Assembly (NCBI RefSeq): GCF_036321535.1
Contig: NC_087437.1
Location: forward strand, 6,386,001 to 6,450,000
Reading direction: 5' to 3'
Length of the DNA stretch: 64,000 bases
Source: Camelus dromedarius
Taxonomy: Eukaryota
The notes beneath the pieces are model-generated. The model saw nothing but the letters and a program-made list of their open reading frames with translations, searched no databases and was not told the origin of the DNA. Below are positions 13,974 to 25,915 of the stretch, piece after piece. Position numbers and translations under genes: made by a program. Numbering within the stretch: the stretch's first letter is position 1; each line of letters begins with the position of its first letter.

Positions 13974-14169
13974 AAATTAGAAAATTCAAGAAGCTCAAAT
14001 ACTGCCTACTGCTTAAAAAAGACCAAATGTAACACAAAGTGAATATACTTAGCAAGTTAAACCTATCAGAGATATAAATGAATTCAGTCTCTAACAACAA
14101 ACAAAAACAACTCAGGTTAAAAACTACATTATACCAACCACACAGACAAAACGGTAATGGACTAAGAAG

Positions 14170-14385
14170 GATCCTTGAGGACCACACTAAATGAGTCCTA
14201 ATCCCAGCGCCATCACTTACTGCCAGCTTGTGGCAATGAGCATCTCTAAGTCTCTGTTTCCTCATTCATTTTATGACGATAATAAGTGTTCTTATCTCAC
14301 TGTGACGAGTAACAAATAATCCGTGTAAAAGATGGGAGTACTGTGCTTGCACATAGTAAGTGCTCAGGAAATGCTAGCTATTGTT
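14170..14385 (+). mobile_element. MIR SINE
   Basis: aatcccagcgccatcacttact...tctctgtttcctcatt...gcacatagtaagtgctcaggaaatgctagctatt. Confidence 0.8.
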
Positions 14386-16334
14386 GTGGCACTCTCCACT
14401 AGTGTCCGTTTTCAAAAACAGTCCTAAAAAATTATTCAGGAGAAAATTTCACATACATGTGCATGTGTGTGTGCACAAATGTGTATCTTCCAATGAAAGA
14501 TCACTTGGAAGACATAGGAGTACTCCACTAACCGCATCAACAGTGTGCGCTGGGCATATTACACAACCAGTATAGTAGATCATATTCAACACTGGAGAAG
14601 GCAGCTTTTTTCTTCAAAATAAAGTCCACACTCACATCCTGAAGCACACTTTAAAATAAAATTCCATATCTAACAGTACCTGTGATTGTTCCCCTCCAGA
14701 ATAGAAAAGTCACAGATACGTACAATACGCACATTTTTAAATCCATGTATATAAATCAAATGAGACCACTTCCTTTAAGGCAAGCAATATTCCAGTTAAA
14801 CATTCATATATTCTGTATTTCAAAGTAAGAAATTTCGGTTTACATATGCATAATTTACAATTCTTTAGTGAAACCTGTCTACAGAGGTCATTTTCACTAT
14901 ATTTCAATAGCATCCTGACTTGAAATGTACAGTGCTGCTTCTCTCTGAAATGTTAGAACTGTAAAGTACACAATAGTTCACTGCAAGCAAACACAGGAGA
15001 AAAGCAAGTTGTGCATATGATACCCTTTTACCCAAGCCCAATCAAAAAGAAGGCACTAATAACTTGTGCTGTCTCATGAAACACAGTCAGAACAAAGAAG
15101 AAATACCTGATTTGGTTAAAATAGAAACTTTACATGGAGAATTACTAGCTAAAGTCGGAGAAACTAGAGACTGCATTTATAAAGATCCTTGTCCATTTTT
15201 AGTTTTTCAAAGTGGTATAAAACTTTCAAAGGAGATATAAGAGAAATATGTCATTAAGACTAATATACAAATCTACAAAAACATCATGTTGTTTCCCAAA
15301 TATACATATAACGGGGATTTAAAAAAAAAAAAAAAGGTTACATCGCTCAAGTTTATATCTCAAGGATCCAATGCTAAGCTGGCCTTCATTTCTCTGAACT
15401 TTCCTAAAAATATACCAGTAGTAAAATAGCTTTGCCACTAAAACACAATAACTAAGACTCCATTATCTTTTATAAAGCAAGTAAGAAATACAGACCTGCC
15501 CTTTAGAGACAGCAAGGATAATGGGGACTGAGGTTTACATGTTCAGTCTCAGTTTACAGACTATAGACTATATCATTAATTTGTAAGTGACTCTACAATG
15601 AGTATGCACACAACACACAAATATGCTATCACCAGTAACCCTAAACAGGTAAATTTAGAGCTAAAAAGCATAACTGAAATTTTATCACCACCATAAATTA
15701 CTTAGAAAAAAAACCCTGGGCATTGCAATGAATGCAATGAATGCAATGAATATACTTTTGCCTTAAAGCTAATACTTTAATTTTAAAGAACCACAAAGAA
15801 AAAAATCAAAACTAGTCAGTAACAATGCAGCATCTAAAAGCAATAAACTCAAAATTAAGTTATAAATAATTTAAAGCATGTCATGAAGATGTATTAATAA
15901 TTCATCAGATAAATAATTTACTAAATAATCAAATAAATAAATAATGAAATACATAAATAAATCAGCAAATAAATAATTCTGCAAAATAACCTAAACAATA
16001 AGTCACCCAAACAAATCACAAACCTAGAAAACTACAATGATTTTCTGGATTCTGATAGTTTTAAATAAGCAAACGTACATAAACTAGATCAATCCTTGTT
16101 AGAATTAGAAATATTTTTCAATGCTACTGGTAAAATCCTCATCTCAATACATAGGAACACATTCTCAATTTTTAAAAGACTGCATAGGATTACTTCTTAT
16201 AAATTATTAATATGATTATAATATATCCTCCTCTATATTTTACATATAATATCTTTGCCTAACATATTTTCCCCCAAACAACTGGATACTTAAAATATTC
16301 TTAATTTACAGTTCTTTTTCAAAGCAATACTTAC

Positions 16335-16397
16335 AGTACAATAGCGCTACAGCCTTTCTGATAGTTTTCCTATCTTCACCAAGTCTTTGGAAATTTT
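16335..16397 (-). other. Probable 63-nt internal 5'-UTR exon of the minus-strand gene
   Basis: Minus strand reads ttcttattgttctacccttgcag|AAAATTTCC...TTGTACT|gtaagt: good polypyrimidine acceptor, GTAAGT donor, purine-rich body, no ATG, non-repetitive surroundings. Confidence 0.6.
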
Positions 16398-16729
16398 CTG
16401 CAAGGGTAGAACAATAAGAATAGCCTTAATTATTACAGGTGGCATTTCACTCACTAATGAACAATGCTTTATAATTCTACAAGGGAGCAGTGGGAAGTAG
16501 ACATTATCAGTTGTAACCTATGGCAAGTTTTTAGAAGTCTTCAAAGGACTAAGGACAAGCTGAGAGAGGCCAGATTCCTCTATCAGAGCTGACACACAAG
16601 CTGTTACAATTGGTGGGATTTCAGAAATGAAGACAAAAACTTCAAAGGACAAAGTGATTGGCTGACATCTAACACTATCATCAATTTGAGGAGCTCAAAG
16701 TCCTTGAAAGAACACAAAAGATCACTTAC

Positions 16730-16756
16730 CTGTTACAATTTGAATGTAGTGACAAC
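16730..16756 (-). other. Candidate 27-nt micro-exon
   Basis: Minus strand reads ctctttgtggtgctctacttag|GTTGTCACTACATTCAAATTGTAACAG|gtaagt: consensus donor and moderate acceptor. Confidence 0.3.
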
Positions 16757-17009
16757 CTAAGTAGAGCACCACAAAGAGTCCAAACACAACTGACCCCATA
16801 AACCAGTCTTCATTTAACATTTGTTTAAAGGTTTTATCCACTCACAGTATAGTACACGTGAATCCATAATCAGTAGATCTCAAACTGTGATAGCCTTTTC
16901 CCACAGAAATAAGAACTCAGTAATGAATTTTTGACACCTCTAAGGGAATAAATTCAAACAATATAGCACACATGAAGGAGACTAAAATTAATCCAAGTTT
17001 TTTTTTATA

Positions 17010-17145
17010 ATTTATCTCAATGAATTCTCAAAGCAAGTTAGATAATATTTAACCTATTTCACAGTCAAGGAAAATGAGGCTCAGTAAGACTAAGCATACT
17101 GCCTAAGGTCCCCAAGTGCCAGGGAAGATTCTAACTTTGTCTACA
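17010..17145 (-). mobile_element. MIR SINE fragment
   Basis: cctatttcacagtcaaggaaaatgaggctcag...tgcctaaggtcc is the MIR core reversed. Confidence 0.7.
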
Positions 17146-17240
17146 CAACTTCTACGAGAAAGTTCACTGAACTACAGACTCCTTAAATTGGAGCCTACCC
17201 TTAAAAATACAGCAAATCCTAAACTGTGCAAATAGGCGAG

Positions 17241-17454
17241 AGCAAGTTTTCAGCCTGCGGTAATGTGCCTCCCAAGGGACATTTGACAATGCCTGGAGAC
17301 ATTTTTTGGTTATCACACCTGGAGAGTATTATCGGAATCTAGTGGTTAGAGCTCAAGGATGGTGCTAAACATCCTACAACGCACAGGACAGTTAGTTCCC
17401 CACTAGGAAGAATTATCCAGCTTAAAATGTTAACAGTGCTGAGGGGAGACCCTG
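17241..17454 (+). mobile_element. MER20 (hAT-Charlie MITE)
   Basis: gggacatttgacaatgcctggagacattttttggtt...gctaaacatcctacaacgcacaggacag...aaaatgttaacagtgctgagg. Confidence 0.9.
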
Positions 17455-17805
17455 GGTGAGAGAAAAATGACTTTTAGTGGTGTGTGGTTTCCCTATCATA
17501 AAATAATACTTCCTTGGTTCATGGATATAGTCTTTTTTTAATATATATAACATTATATGCAGTGGAATACCCTGGATAAAAATGTGTATACCCTGACCTT
17601 GGAGAATGGGTACAAAGAAACTCTGTACTTTCTGCTCAATTTTTCTATAATCCTAAAACTTCTGAAAAAATAGTCTATTAGCCTTTTAAATGTATATCCA
17701 TCACTTATTTCATTAAAGTTATGAATAACTCTTACAATCACTGCCTTAAAAAAAAGTAAGTCTACAGTTATAAAAAAATTTTTAATTTCATTTACCGAAT
17801 TCCAA

Positions 17806-17948
17806 GGCGGGAGAGGGTATAGCTCAAGTGATAGAGTGCATGCTTAGCATGTAGAAGGTCCTGGATTCAAGCCCCAGTACTTCCTCTAAAAATAAATAAA
17901 TAAACCTAATTACCTCCCCCACCACCCCCCTCCAAAAACAACAACAAT
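17806..17948 (+). mobile_element. tRNA-derived SINE (camelid Vic-1-like)
   Basis: gggagagggtatagctcaagtgatagagtgcatgcttagcatg...ggattcaagccccagtacttcc has Pol III A and B boxes, followed by the aaataaataaacctaattacctcccc tail. Confidence 0.85.
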
Positions 17949-18459
17949 ACTTGAAGAATCTTGCAAATGTAAAAATATACAAAAATGGCAGCCTGCCTAA
18001 TTTTAGGTTAAAAACAAGAAAGCTGACATTTATCAAAATTCTTCCAATAGTTAAAGAGAGTATTAAAAGTCATATTTATGAGCTGATCTTGTCTACATGA
18101 TTAGTCAAGATATCTAATAATATTACAAATTCATAGGGCTTGAGATTATTATGATATGCTACAATTTACAATCCTCAATAGTTAGTCGGGTTTTTTTGCC
18201 TAAAAGCTATCAAATATTTTCTGAAATAATGGGTGATAACTATTAAAATCATTTGAAAATGATATTCAGCAATATAATTATCAAAGAGCTCCAGAAATTT
18301 ATGTATCAAGTACTTTCCTTTCAATCCCAATTAATCTCTCTCTAGTCTCAAAATAGATTTTGGTTTTCAACATAGATCTAGAATCTACCACGACACAAAG
18401 CATGTTTCTTTATATGTGAACTGTCACATTCCTACACAGAGCATTAAACAGTGGTATCC

Positions 18460-18950
18460 TTTATCAGCCAGGATTAGGTCATATCCTTCCCAAGCCAAAA
18501 AAAACACCTTTAGTAATAATAATATAATGAGTTAAGAAAAAAAAAAAGGGAGAGAATTTCTTCCACGCAAATGTCTAGTAGACAAAGGCTGATGTGTCAG
18601 CTCCAGATATCAGGGATCCATGTTCCTTCTGTCTTTCTGCTCTACCACATACTGTTTCTATTAGAAGTCGCTTCACACGCCAAGAAGACTGTGGGAACTC
18701 CAGCGAGCACATCTGCAGCACAAGCAGCAGAAAGAAGGAAGGTGGGGGGGGGGGGGTGCCCAGCCCGCTCTCTCCTGTAACTCTCCTATTTCAGCCCACA
18801 GCTTCTAAACCATAACCTAGTCCTTTGGCCACACCTAACCACTTGAGAGGATACAATATACAGTCTCCAAATTTGGTAAAAAATGCCCACCTATTAAATT
18901 GGGGTTCTCTTCACAATGGAAGCCAGGGAGAATTTTGCAGGGCAAATTAT
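18460..18950. mobile_element. Old ERVL-MaLR LTR (MLT1J/K/L-like)
   Basis: atcagggatccatgttccttctgtctttctgctctacca, gcagcagaaagaaggaagg and tggccacacctaacc motifs. Confidence 0.6.
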
Positions 18951-19074
18951 AAGAATCAGACCAGAGTGGAGGTAACAACTCTTCAAAGAAAATGGCAGAT
19001 GGACTCAAAATTTTTCATTAGACTAATTCACTTCAAATTGTATGTATGTGTGTGTGTGTGCGCGTGTATGAAAG

Positions 19075-19540
19075 AATAAATGTTTAACAACAGGTAAATG
19101 GTTAAATGAATTTGGGGATAATCTAAAAATAGAATGCTACGTAAACACTAAATACCACTTTGAAGAATTTTACTGATGTGGAGAAATGTTCATAATATTA
19201 AATGAAAAAGAACAGGCTATAAAATATTTCATATAAAATAATCCCTATTTTACTTTATTTTTTAAATAGGAGCTAATTTTTTCACTTTTTTTTACTGAAG
19301 TACAGTCAGTTACAAACACATACAGATATATACGAACAGTATGCATTTATATATACAAAGAGGCACATTTTAAATCTATTATCAAGAGAGAGACAGACTG
19401 ATACCATATAAAAATCAAGAGAACAGAATTAAGCTAAATGATAATAGTGGTTCAGGCTTTGGGAACTTTCATTTTCCCCCTACTTTTCATTGCCTCTAAT
19501 TTTTCTACAATGACACATATCATGCTTATGATTATTTTTC
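19075..19540 (+). mobile_element. Ancient L1 (L1ME/L1MC-like) 3' fragment
   Basis: aaatgtttaacaacaggtaaatggttaaatgaa...atgtggagaaatgttcataatattaaatgaaaaag. Confidence 0.6.
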
Positions 19541-20334
19541 ATGAAGATTTTGTCCTACATGAGGAAATGCACATTATAAAGGTAGTTAGATTCAAGCTTT
19601 AATTCTTTGTTACTTGGAATTTGCTGCTAATAAAAAAAAAAAAAAAAGTAGGGGAAATCTGTAACAGCTATATCTTTCCCAGCTGGGGCAAAATACATCT
19701 GTTTCTCTTGAGTTGGTAGTAACAGCTAACCTCCCTATGCCCAACTTGTTTGCAACTTACTAACACTCACATATCACATTTGTCAGGTTTACACAAGTCA
19801 CTCCTAACCAGATGCTACATCCATCATTCCTAACAATTTACCCCGACATATTGATTACTTTGCTCATCTCATTCTGTAGAACTAATCACTTGTACTTCAT
19901 GCTTCTACAAATCCTTCCATTTCCTGTATTTCTCAGACTATTTTTTAAATTCTACTCTACTGCACATTTTCCTGGTTACTTATATAATGGCTCCATCTAC
20001 CAGAAATTACATCTTTCTTATCTCTTTGTAGCCATCTCGCATTGTTTTGAATTTTCCAGCTATTACCAAGTATACATACTATTTTCACATCAACATTCTA
20101 TCATCTGCAAGTCTCATCATTACCAGTAGTCGTCTCAAAGTTCTCCACATTATCTAGAGTGACTCAATTTCCTAAACCCACATTACTACCATATAAAAAT
20201 GAAAAAATGAGAAAAAAAAAACAAGAAAATGATATATTTAAAACTACTAACAAGTGTATGGGGTTGACCAAATAGCAAGCAAACAAAAAAGTAAAACACA
20301 TGGTCCTCACTCTCTAGAACTTGGGGAAATAAGA

Positions 20335-20425
20335 CACATACAGACATATACAGACATACAGAGACACAGAGAGAGAGAGAGACAGAGAGGGAGAGAGCGA
20401 TGGAGAGAGAGAGAGAGAGAGAGAC
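20335..20425. repeat. Compound (CA)/(GA) microsatellite inside an L2-like fragment
   Basis: acatacagacata... followed by interrupted (GA)n runs. Confidence 0.85.
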
Positions 20426-20587
20426 ATGGCAGGGAGATAAAAGAAAGAAATTTACAACCAAATGTAATAAGGGACAAGAATACAATCCAGATAATAAGTA
20501 CTACAGAAAATCCAGAAGGTGAAAGCCACAGGCAGGGATAATCAGAGAAGGCTCTTCAGCTGAGACCAGGTTCATACAGTCCTAGTA

Positions 20588-20786
20588 CAGTGGTTCTCAA
20601 CCATGGGAGACATTGCCCCGCACATATCATTTGGCAACACCTGGAAACACTTGTAATTCTCAGAAACGGGAAGTACTATTTACACCTCATGGGTAGATGC
20701 CAGGGATTCTGCTAACATTCTATGATGCACAAGACAGCCCCCCCCCAAAACTGAATTATTCAGCCCAAAATGTCAACAGTGCTAAA
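20588..20786 (+). mobile_element. MER20
   Basis: Starts with the cagtggttctcaacc TIR; contains gggtagatgccagggattctgctaacattc and cagcccaaaatgtcaacagtgc. Confidence 0.85.
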
Positions 20787-21424
20787 AGGAGCAGTTGGAG
20801 TCAAAAGAAGAGACAGCACTTAAACAGGATGGAGTGACCTGAGTAAAAGAATGGTAGCTAAAATACACGACGTCTTTAATAAACCACACTATCACTAGTG
20901 AAGGAGGGTGGGAAACAAGATTAGAAAACGTAACTGGGTATAGATTGCGATGGTCTGTACAAGAAGTCTGATAGACCAAAGAAATAAAGAAAATAGTTAT
21001 TATAGCAACAAAAATACAAGAGAGCAGAAGCAAAAATAGCAACATACTTCATAAGGCTAAACTGTAGATAGTGGGGCGCTGGTTTCCAGCAGTGTGGCAG
21101 ACTAGATACCTTGATACTGTTAGACACAACTGTTTAAAGCTCGTGGGAAAATCTGTTTTAATGAACTGCTCAGCTAGCAAGAAAGTACAGCGTCCACATA
21201 AGCTATAAACAAAGCGAAAGTAGAATAAGCAAACCCAGAAAACCAGCTTTCATCCTGAGAGTATGTGCCTAAAACTGTTGAAATTGAACTTACATTTTAA
21301 TGGCTACACAAGGCTCAGGAGATAAACTTTTAAAAGTCTATCAAAAACAAATGCCTACACAAAGCTTTCATGCCAAAGGGCTATCCCCTCATGTTAACAG
21401 CAAAAAAGCACCACAAAGTCTGCC

Positions 21425-21535
21425 TCCTGCTGCCTCTTTATAGTCACACCCACCCCCAGCACCCCCATTCCTAACCCCGGGCAACCTCTAATCTGTGTTC
21501 CCCCTCTTAACTTTTGTCATTTAGAGAATGTGTTA
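21425..21535 (-). mobile_element. L1MB/MC-like 3' fragment
   Basis: ctttatagtcacacccac...ctaaccccgggcaacctctaatctgt...ttttgtcatttagagaatgt. Confidence 0.55.
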
Positions 21536-22139
21536 TTGACTCTCTTGATACTGTTACCACAAAGTGGAACCTTCCCAAAAGTTCTCAGACTAAATTCACA
21601 CTACTTGTATAATCCAGTAAATCTCATGTGAAGATGTATTTAAAGTGCTCTTAAATGGTTAGTACCATCAGTCACCTGCAGGAAGTATATGTAAATTCTC
21701 AGAGAAAGAAAATAACTTCAATCCAGGCCTCAAAGCATCCAACAACTTTCCAAAAACCTCTATTCAAATTTTAAAAATCACAAAACACACAAGGATACGA
21801 GACACAATGAATGAGGGCCAACACAAACCAGAGACCGCAGAATTAGCCTACAGATATTTCAATTATTGGAAAGATTATACAATAAGGATGTTTTGAGTAA
21901 CAGAAAGGCTTAAAATATATATGTGTGAATTAAATGAAACCTCAAGAAATAAAAAAACAGGTAAAAATTTTAATTTGGTGGAAAAGTGAAACAGAGTCAA
22001 TACAAACAGAAAAAGAATTAGTAAGTGGAAAGAACAACTTTTATAATCGATCTAAAATGCAGGTCAGAAAAACAAAGAAAACAAAACATGTAAGAGCAGT
22101 TAAGAGATGCAAAGAGTAGAATGAGAAGGTCTAACAAAA

Positions 22140-22388
22140 TACTTCCTAAACTATCTGTGATCAAGGACTACTTTTGAAAGTGCCAATCTACTGGAGACAA
22201 AAACTTTTATAAAATACAATAAAACTGAATTTCTTTTAAAAAATCATGTGTTTAGATGTCATGATAATATCAAGTTGCTATTAAAAGCTTCTAAATGTTT
22301 ACTCTGAATTTGTCTTGACTCATTACAGACCAATAAAATCAGGCTGCAGACCAGCACTGATCTGAGGACCACACTTTGAGTAGCAGCA
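22140..22388. mobile_element. hAT-Charlie DNA transposon relic
   Basis: Ends in gaggaccacactttgagtagcagc, a Charlie/MER5-type terminus; inserted in decayed L1 ORF1-like sequence. Confidence 0.5.
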
Positions 22389-23555
22389 ATCTAAAACACA
22401 AATAGATCAAGATTAAAAAAGAATGTAAAAGAAAACAGTATAGATAATATTAGAATAGATGATGGTTGAAAATTTTCCATACTAACTGAAGATGCACATG
22501 GCCAACCCAAGATGCAAGAAAAACCAGACAGTAAAGATACAGGTAAACAGTGGGTCACTCCTCATCGGTGTAGGGGCCTCGTTCACCACAATCACTGCAA
22601 CACAATTCCAGACCAGCATTTTCTATCACCTTTTAAAAAATCTAAGAATTCAAGCTGGATGTACTCTAAACAAACAAAACAGAGGCAAGTGAACTTAGTA
22701 AAGAAACTTATAAGACACAAATTTTCAAGAGCTACTGGTTTCCTCTCTCAATGGAAACACTGTCAATACTGCCCAAATTGTTTAGTTTATTAGCTATTTT
22801 AACGAGTAACTTTATGAAACAAACAAAAAAATCACAATCTTACATTAGCGAAGGCTGATATGTGTTCAATTATATTGAAATGAACAGGATTTCAATTCTG
22901 TTAACTGCTCTTTTCTATGTGAGGTGAGCTACATAATATTTCAGCGTACTTTACCTAGTAAATCCTTTCATCATGACAGATTCTTTTATTCTAAGTTCAG
23001 GTCACTTAAAAGAATCTGCTCAGACATCTAGCAGGCATCAAATGAAGATTTAAACCTACTTGGCAAAACAGAAGTTATGGCATCACTCCTCCTGAGAAAG
23101 AATCAAAACTATTATCTGTATAAATGTTTGGTCACTTTTCAAATATTTGACACACATCTAATTAAAGCATCACAATATCCTTATGGGATCTTGGTTTTAT
23201 AGGACAGATATAATACTGGCCAAAAGCTTAGAAAGTGAAAATAGATGGCGAGCAGCATCAAAAATATACAAGAAAGAAATACATAAACTGAATGTAACAA
23301 TATAAAGAGAAAAAAAGATTTCCAAAATCTAATCACTGTCTGCTTCTCAGCATCATACCCCATCATATGAAATTGAAAGGACAATCATTAGGCATGCAGA
23401 GTAAATAAACTAAACGAAATATGTTAACCTATTTGATTCAGTGACACCAAATTCAAATAATTTAGCAAGTTATTTAATCTAATTGTTTATTGAATCTGAA
23501 TAAGATTCATAAAGTGCTAACTGTAAGGCTATGAAAAAAGAATTTAAAATAGACC

Positions 23556-23599
23556 AAAAAACAAAAACAAAAACAAAAACAAAAACAAAAACAAAAAAC
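23556..23599. repeat. (AAAAAC)n hexanucleotide repeat
   Basis: About seven tandem aaaaac units. Confidence 0.9.
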
Positions 23600-24908
23600 C
23601 TGGGCTGAGTGATTAAAACTTCCGCCAGGTAAAAAGTAAGTAAAGGCTGAGCAAGGTAAAAACTGTCATCCAGACTTAACAGGAACAAGGTCTTTAAATA
23701 AGAGAATTTCTTCCCCAAACTATTCCACAGCTATACTGATTCAAAGTTAATCCCTGAGCAAATAAAAGGCACAAGATATTTTAACTTGGTGATTCAGACT
23801 GGAAATTTACAGTGAAGTTTATTTTTTTAATGCATTATTTCAGCCAGACACAAACATCAGGCTATGAGAATATTTAACCTTATAATTTAAATTTTTGACA
23901 GCTCACACCAAGTTTAACTAACCACCAATCCATTCTGATATAAAGAAGAAGAAAAATGAAATAACCCACAGTGCCTTTTGAGTTTTTACTTCAAGTTATC
24001 GATAATCATATTTGTTTGTATTCTCAGTTGGTTCAAGTCTTCTTTGTGGAGAGAAAGGCAGGCTTTAAAAATATGCCTACATATGTCCATACATTCAAGT
24101 ACAGAAAATGTTCCCATAGTTGTAAGTTTTTCACTGGTACTTCCTGATCCCTACTTAAAACACAAAGGTGAACAAGTAAGCAAATTTTTAAGATAACACT
24201 AAAAATGAATGCACTTTAACAATGTATTTTTAAGGCATGCTGCGAAGATTTTTTTTTTATTTCATCCATAAAAACAAGCCACGCAGCCAAATTCATTATC
24301 ATAAACATCTGCAAATGGCTAAAACTGGGGGGAAATAAAGGCTAGAAATTTACTTCTGTATCCATCAAGAGGACTTGAGCTTCTGCAGGGAAGCCCTAAT
24401 GACTGAAACCACTGATATCTGAAGGTTACATCCAAAGTCAGAGAATCACAGACTTTCTCACCAAAAAACACCCCAACAAGTACCAACTGACAATGAACTC
24501 GTATCTATATATAGGGGTCTGGGAACAGAACTCGAAATTGCCAGCAATATCTATTAATTTTCTTTGGCACTGACTATTGTTTTTAAATAACTGTGTTAAT
24601 TCTTTTGCATTACATAAAATCACACTAAAGTTCAACATGAAAAGAACGCACTATGTTTATTATACTTCTTCATGAATCCAGAGCTTAAAAAAAGAATCCA
24701 GTCAAGAGATCTTACCCTTCTGCTCAAACCAGAACCTCATGCCTTTGTTGGATGAGCACATATTTCATACTTGGAGAAAAGCTAATTCTAATAAGTTTCT
24801 AGGTTTAATCAGCTGTTCTTTTCCATAAACAATGAATCCACTAAGCAATCAACTCTACCTTTACATATGCACACACACCATTAGTAAGTTGTTCTTTTAG
24901 AACTTTTT

Positions 24909-25915
24909 GGACTACATCAAACTAAAAATAAAAAGCTTCTGCACAGTGAAGGAAATCATCATCAAAATGAAAAGGCAATCTACTGAATGGGGAGATACTT
25001 CCAAACCGTGTTTCTGATAAGAAGATATCTAAAATATTAAAGAACTCATACAACAACAACAAAAACAACCCAATTTAAAAATGGGCAGAGGATCTGAAAC
25101 ATTTTTCTAAAGACATACAGATGGCCAACAGGTACATGAAAAGATGTTCAACATCACTGATTATTAGGGAAATGCAAATCAAAAACACAATGAACTATCA
25201 CTTCATACCTGTTAGAAAGGCTACTATCAAAAAGAAAAATATAACAAATGTTGGAGAGCATATGAAGGAAAGAAAACCCTCATACACTGTTGGTGTGACT
25301 GTAAATTGGTGCAGCTACTACGGAGAATATGGAGTTTCCTCCAAAACTTAAGACTAGAACTACCATATGACTCAGATATTCCACTTCTGGGTATTTATCT
25401 GAAGAAGAAAACACTAAATCAAAAAGATATATGCACCCCTGGGTTCACTGAAGCATTACTGACAACAGCCAAGATATGAAAACAACTTAAATGTCCATCA
25501 ATAGATGAACGTATAAAGATGTGATACACGCGCACACACACACACACACACACACACAGAGGAATATTAGTCATAAAATAGAATGAAATCTGCCATTTGT
25601 GACAACACAGATGGACCTTAAGAGTACTGTGCTGAGTGAAGTAAGTTAGACGGAAAAAGACAAATACCATATGATTTCACTCATATATGGAATATAAAAA
25701 AAAAAAAAAGCAAACAAACAAATCAAAAACAAAGTTATAGATACAGAGAAAAGATAAGTGGTTACCAGGAGGGAAGGGGTTGGAGTGAGTGAAAGTGAAG
25801 GGAGTCAACTAGATGGTGGTGGATGGTAATTAAGACTTATGGTGGTGATCACTCTGTAGTGTATACAGATGTCGAGTTATAATGCTGTACACCTGAAATC
25901 TATGTAATTAAAAAA
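24909..25915 (+). mobile_element. 5'-truncated LINE-1 (older subfamily): ORF2 3' part and 3' UTR
   Basis: Translates as [21 protein letters not shown]; typical 3' UTR; internal (CA)n near 25525-25558; short TSD-like aacttttt on both sides. Confidence 0.9.

Noticed and set aside
17815..17885. tRNA-Ala-like gene
   Set aside because: The acceptor stem does not pair properly and a SINE tail follows; it is a tRNA-derived SINE.
24716..24769. Possible 54-nt minus-strand exon (AGG|GTAAGA donor)
   Set aside because: The acceptor ends in AAG with a short pyrimidine tract; not enough support.
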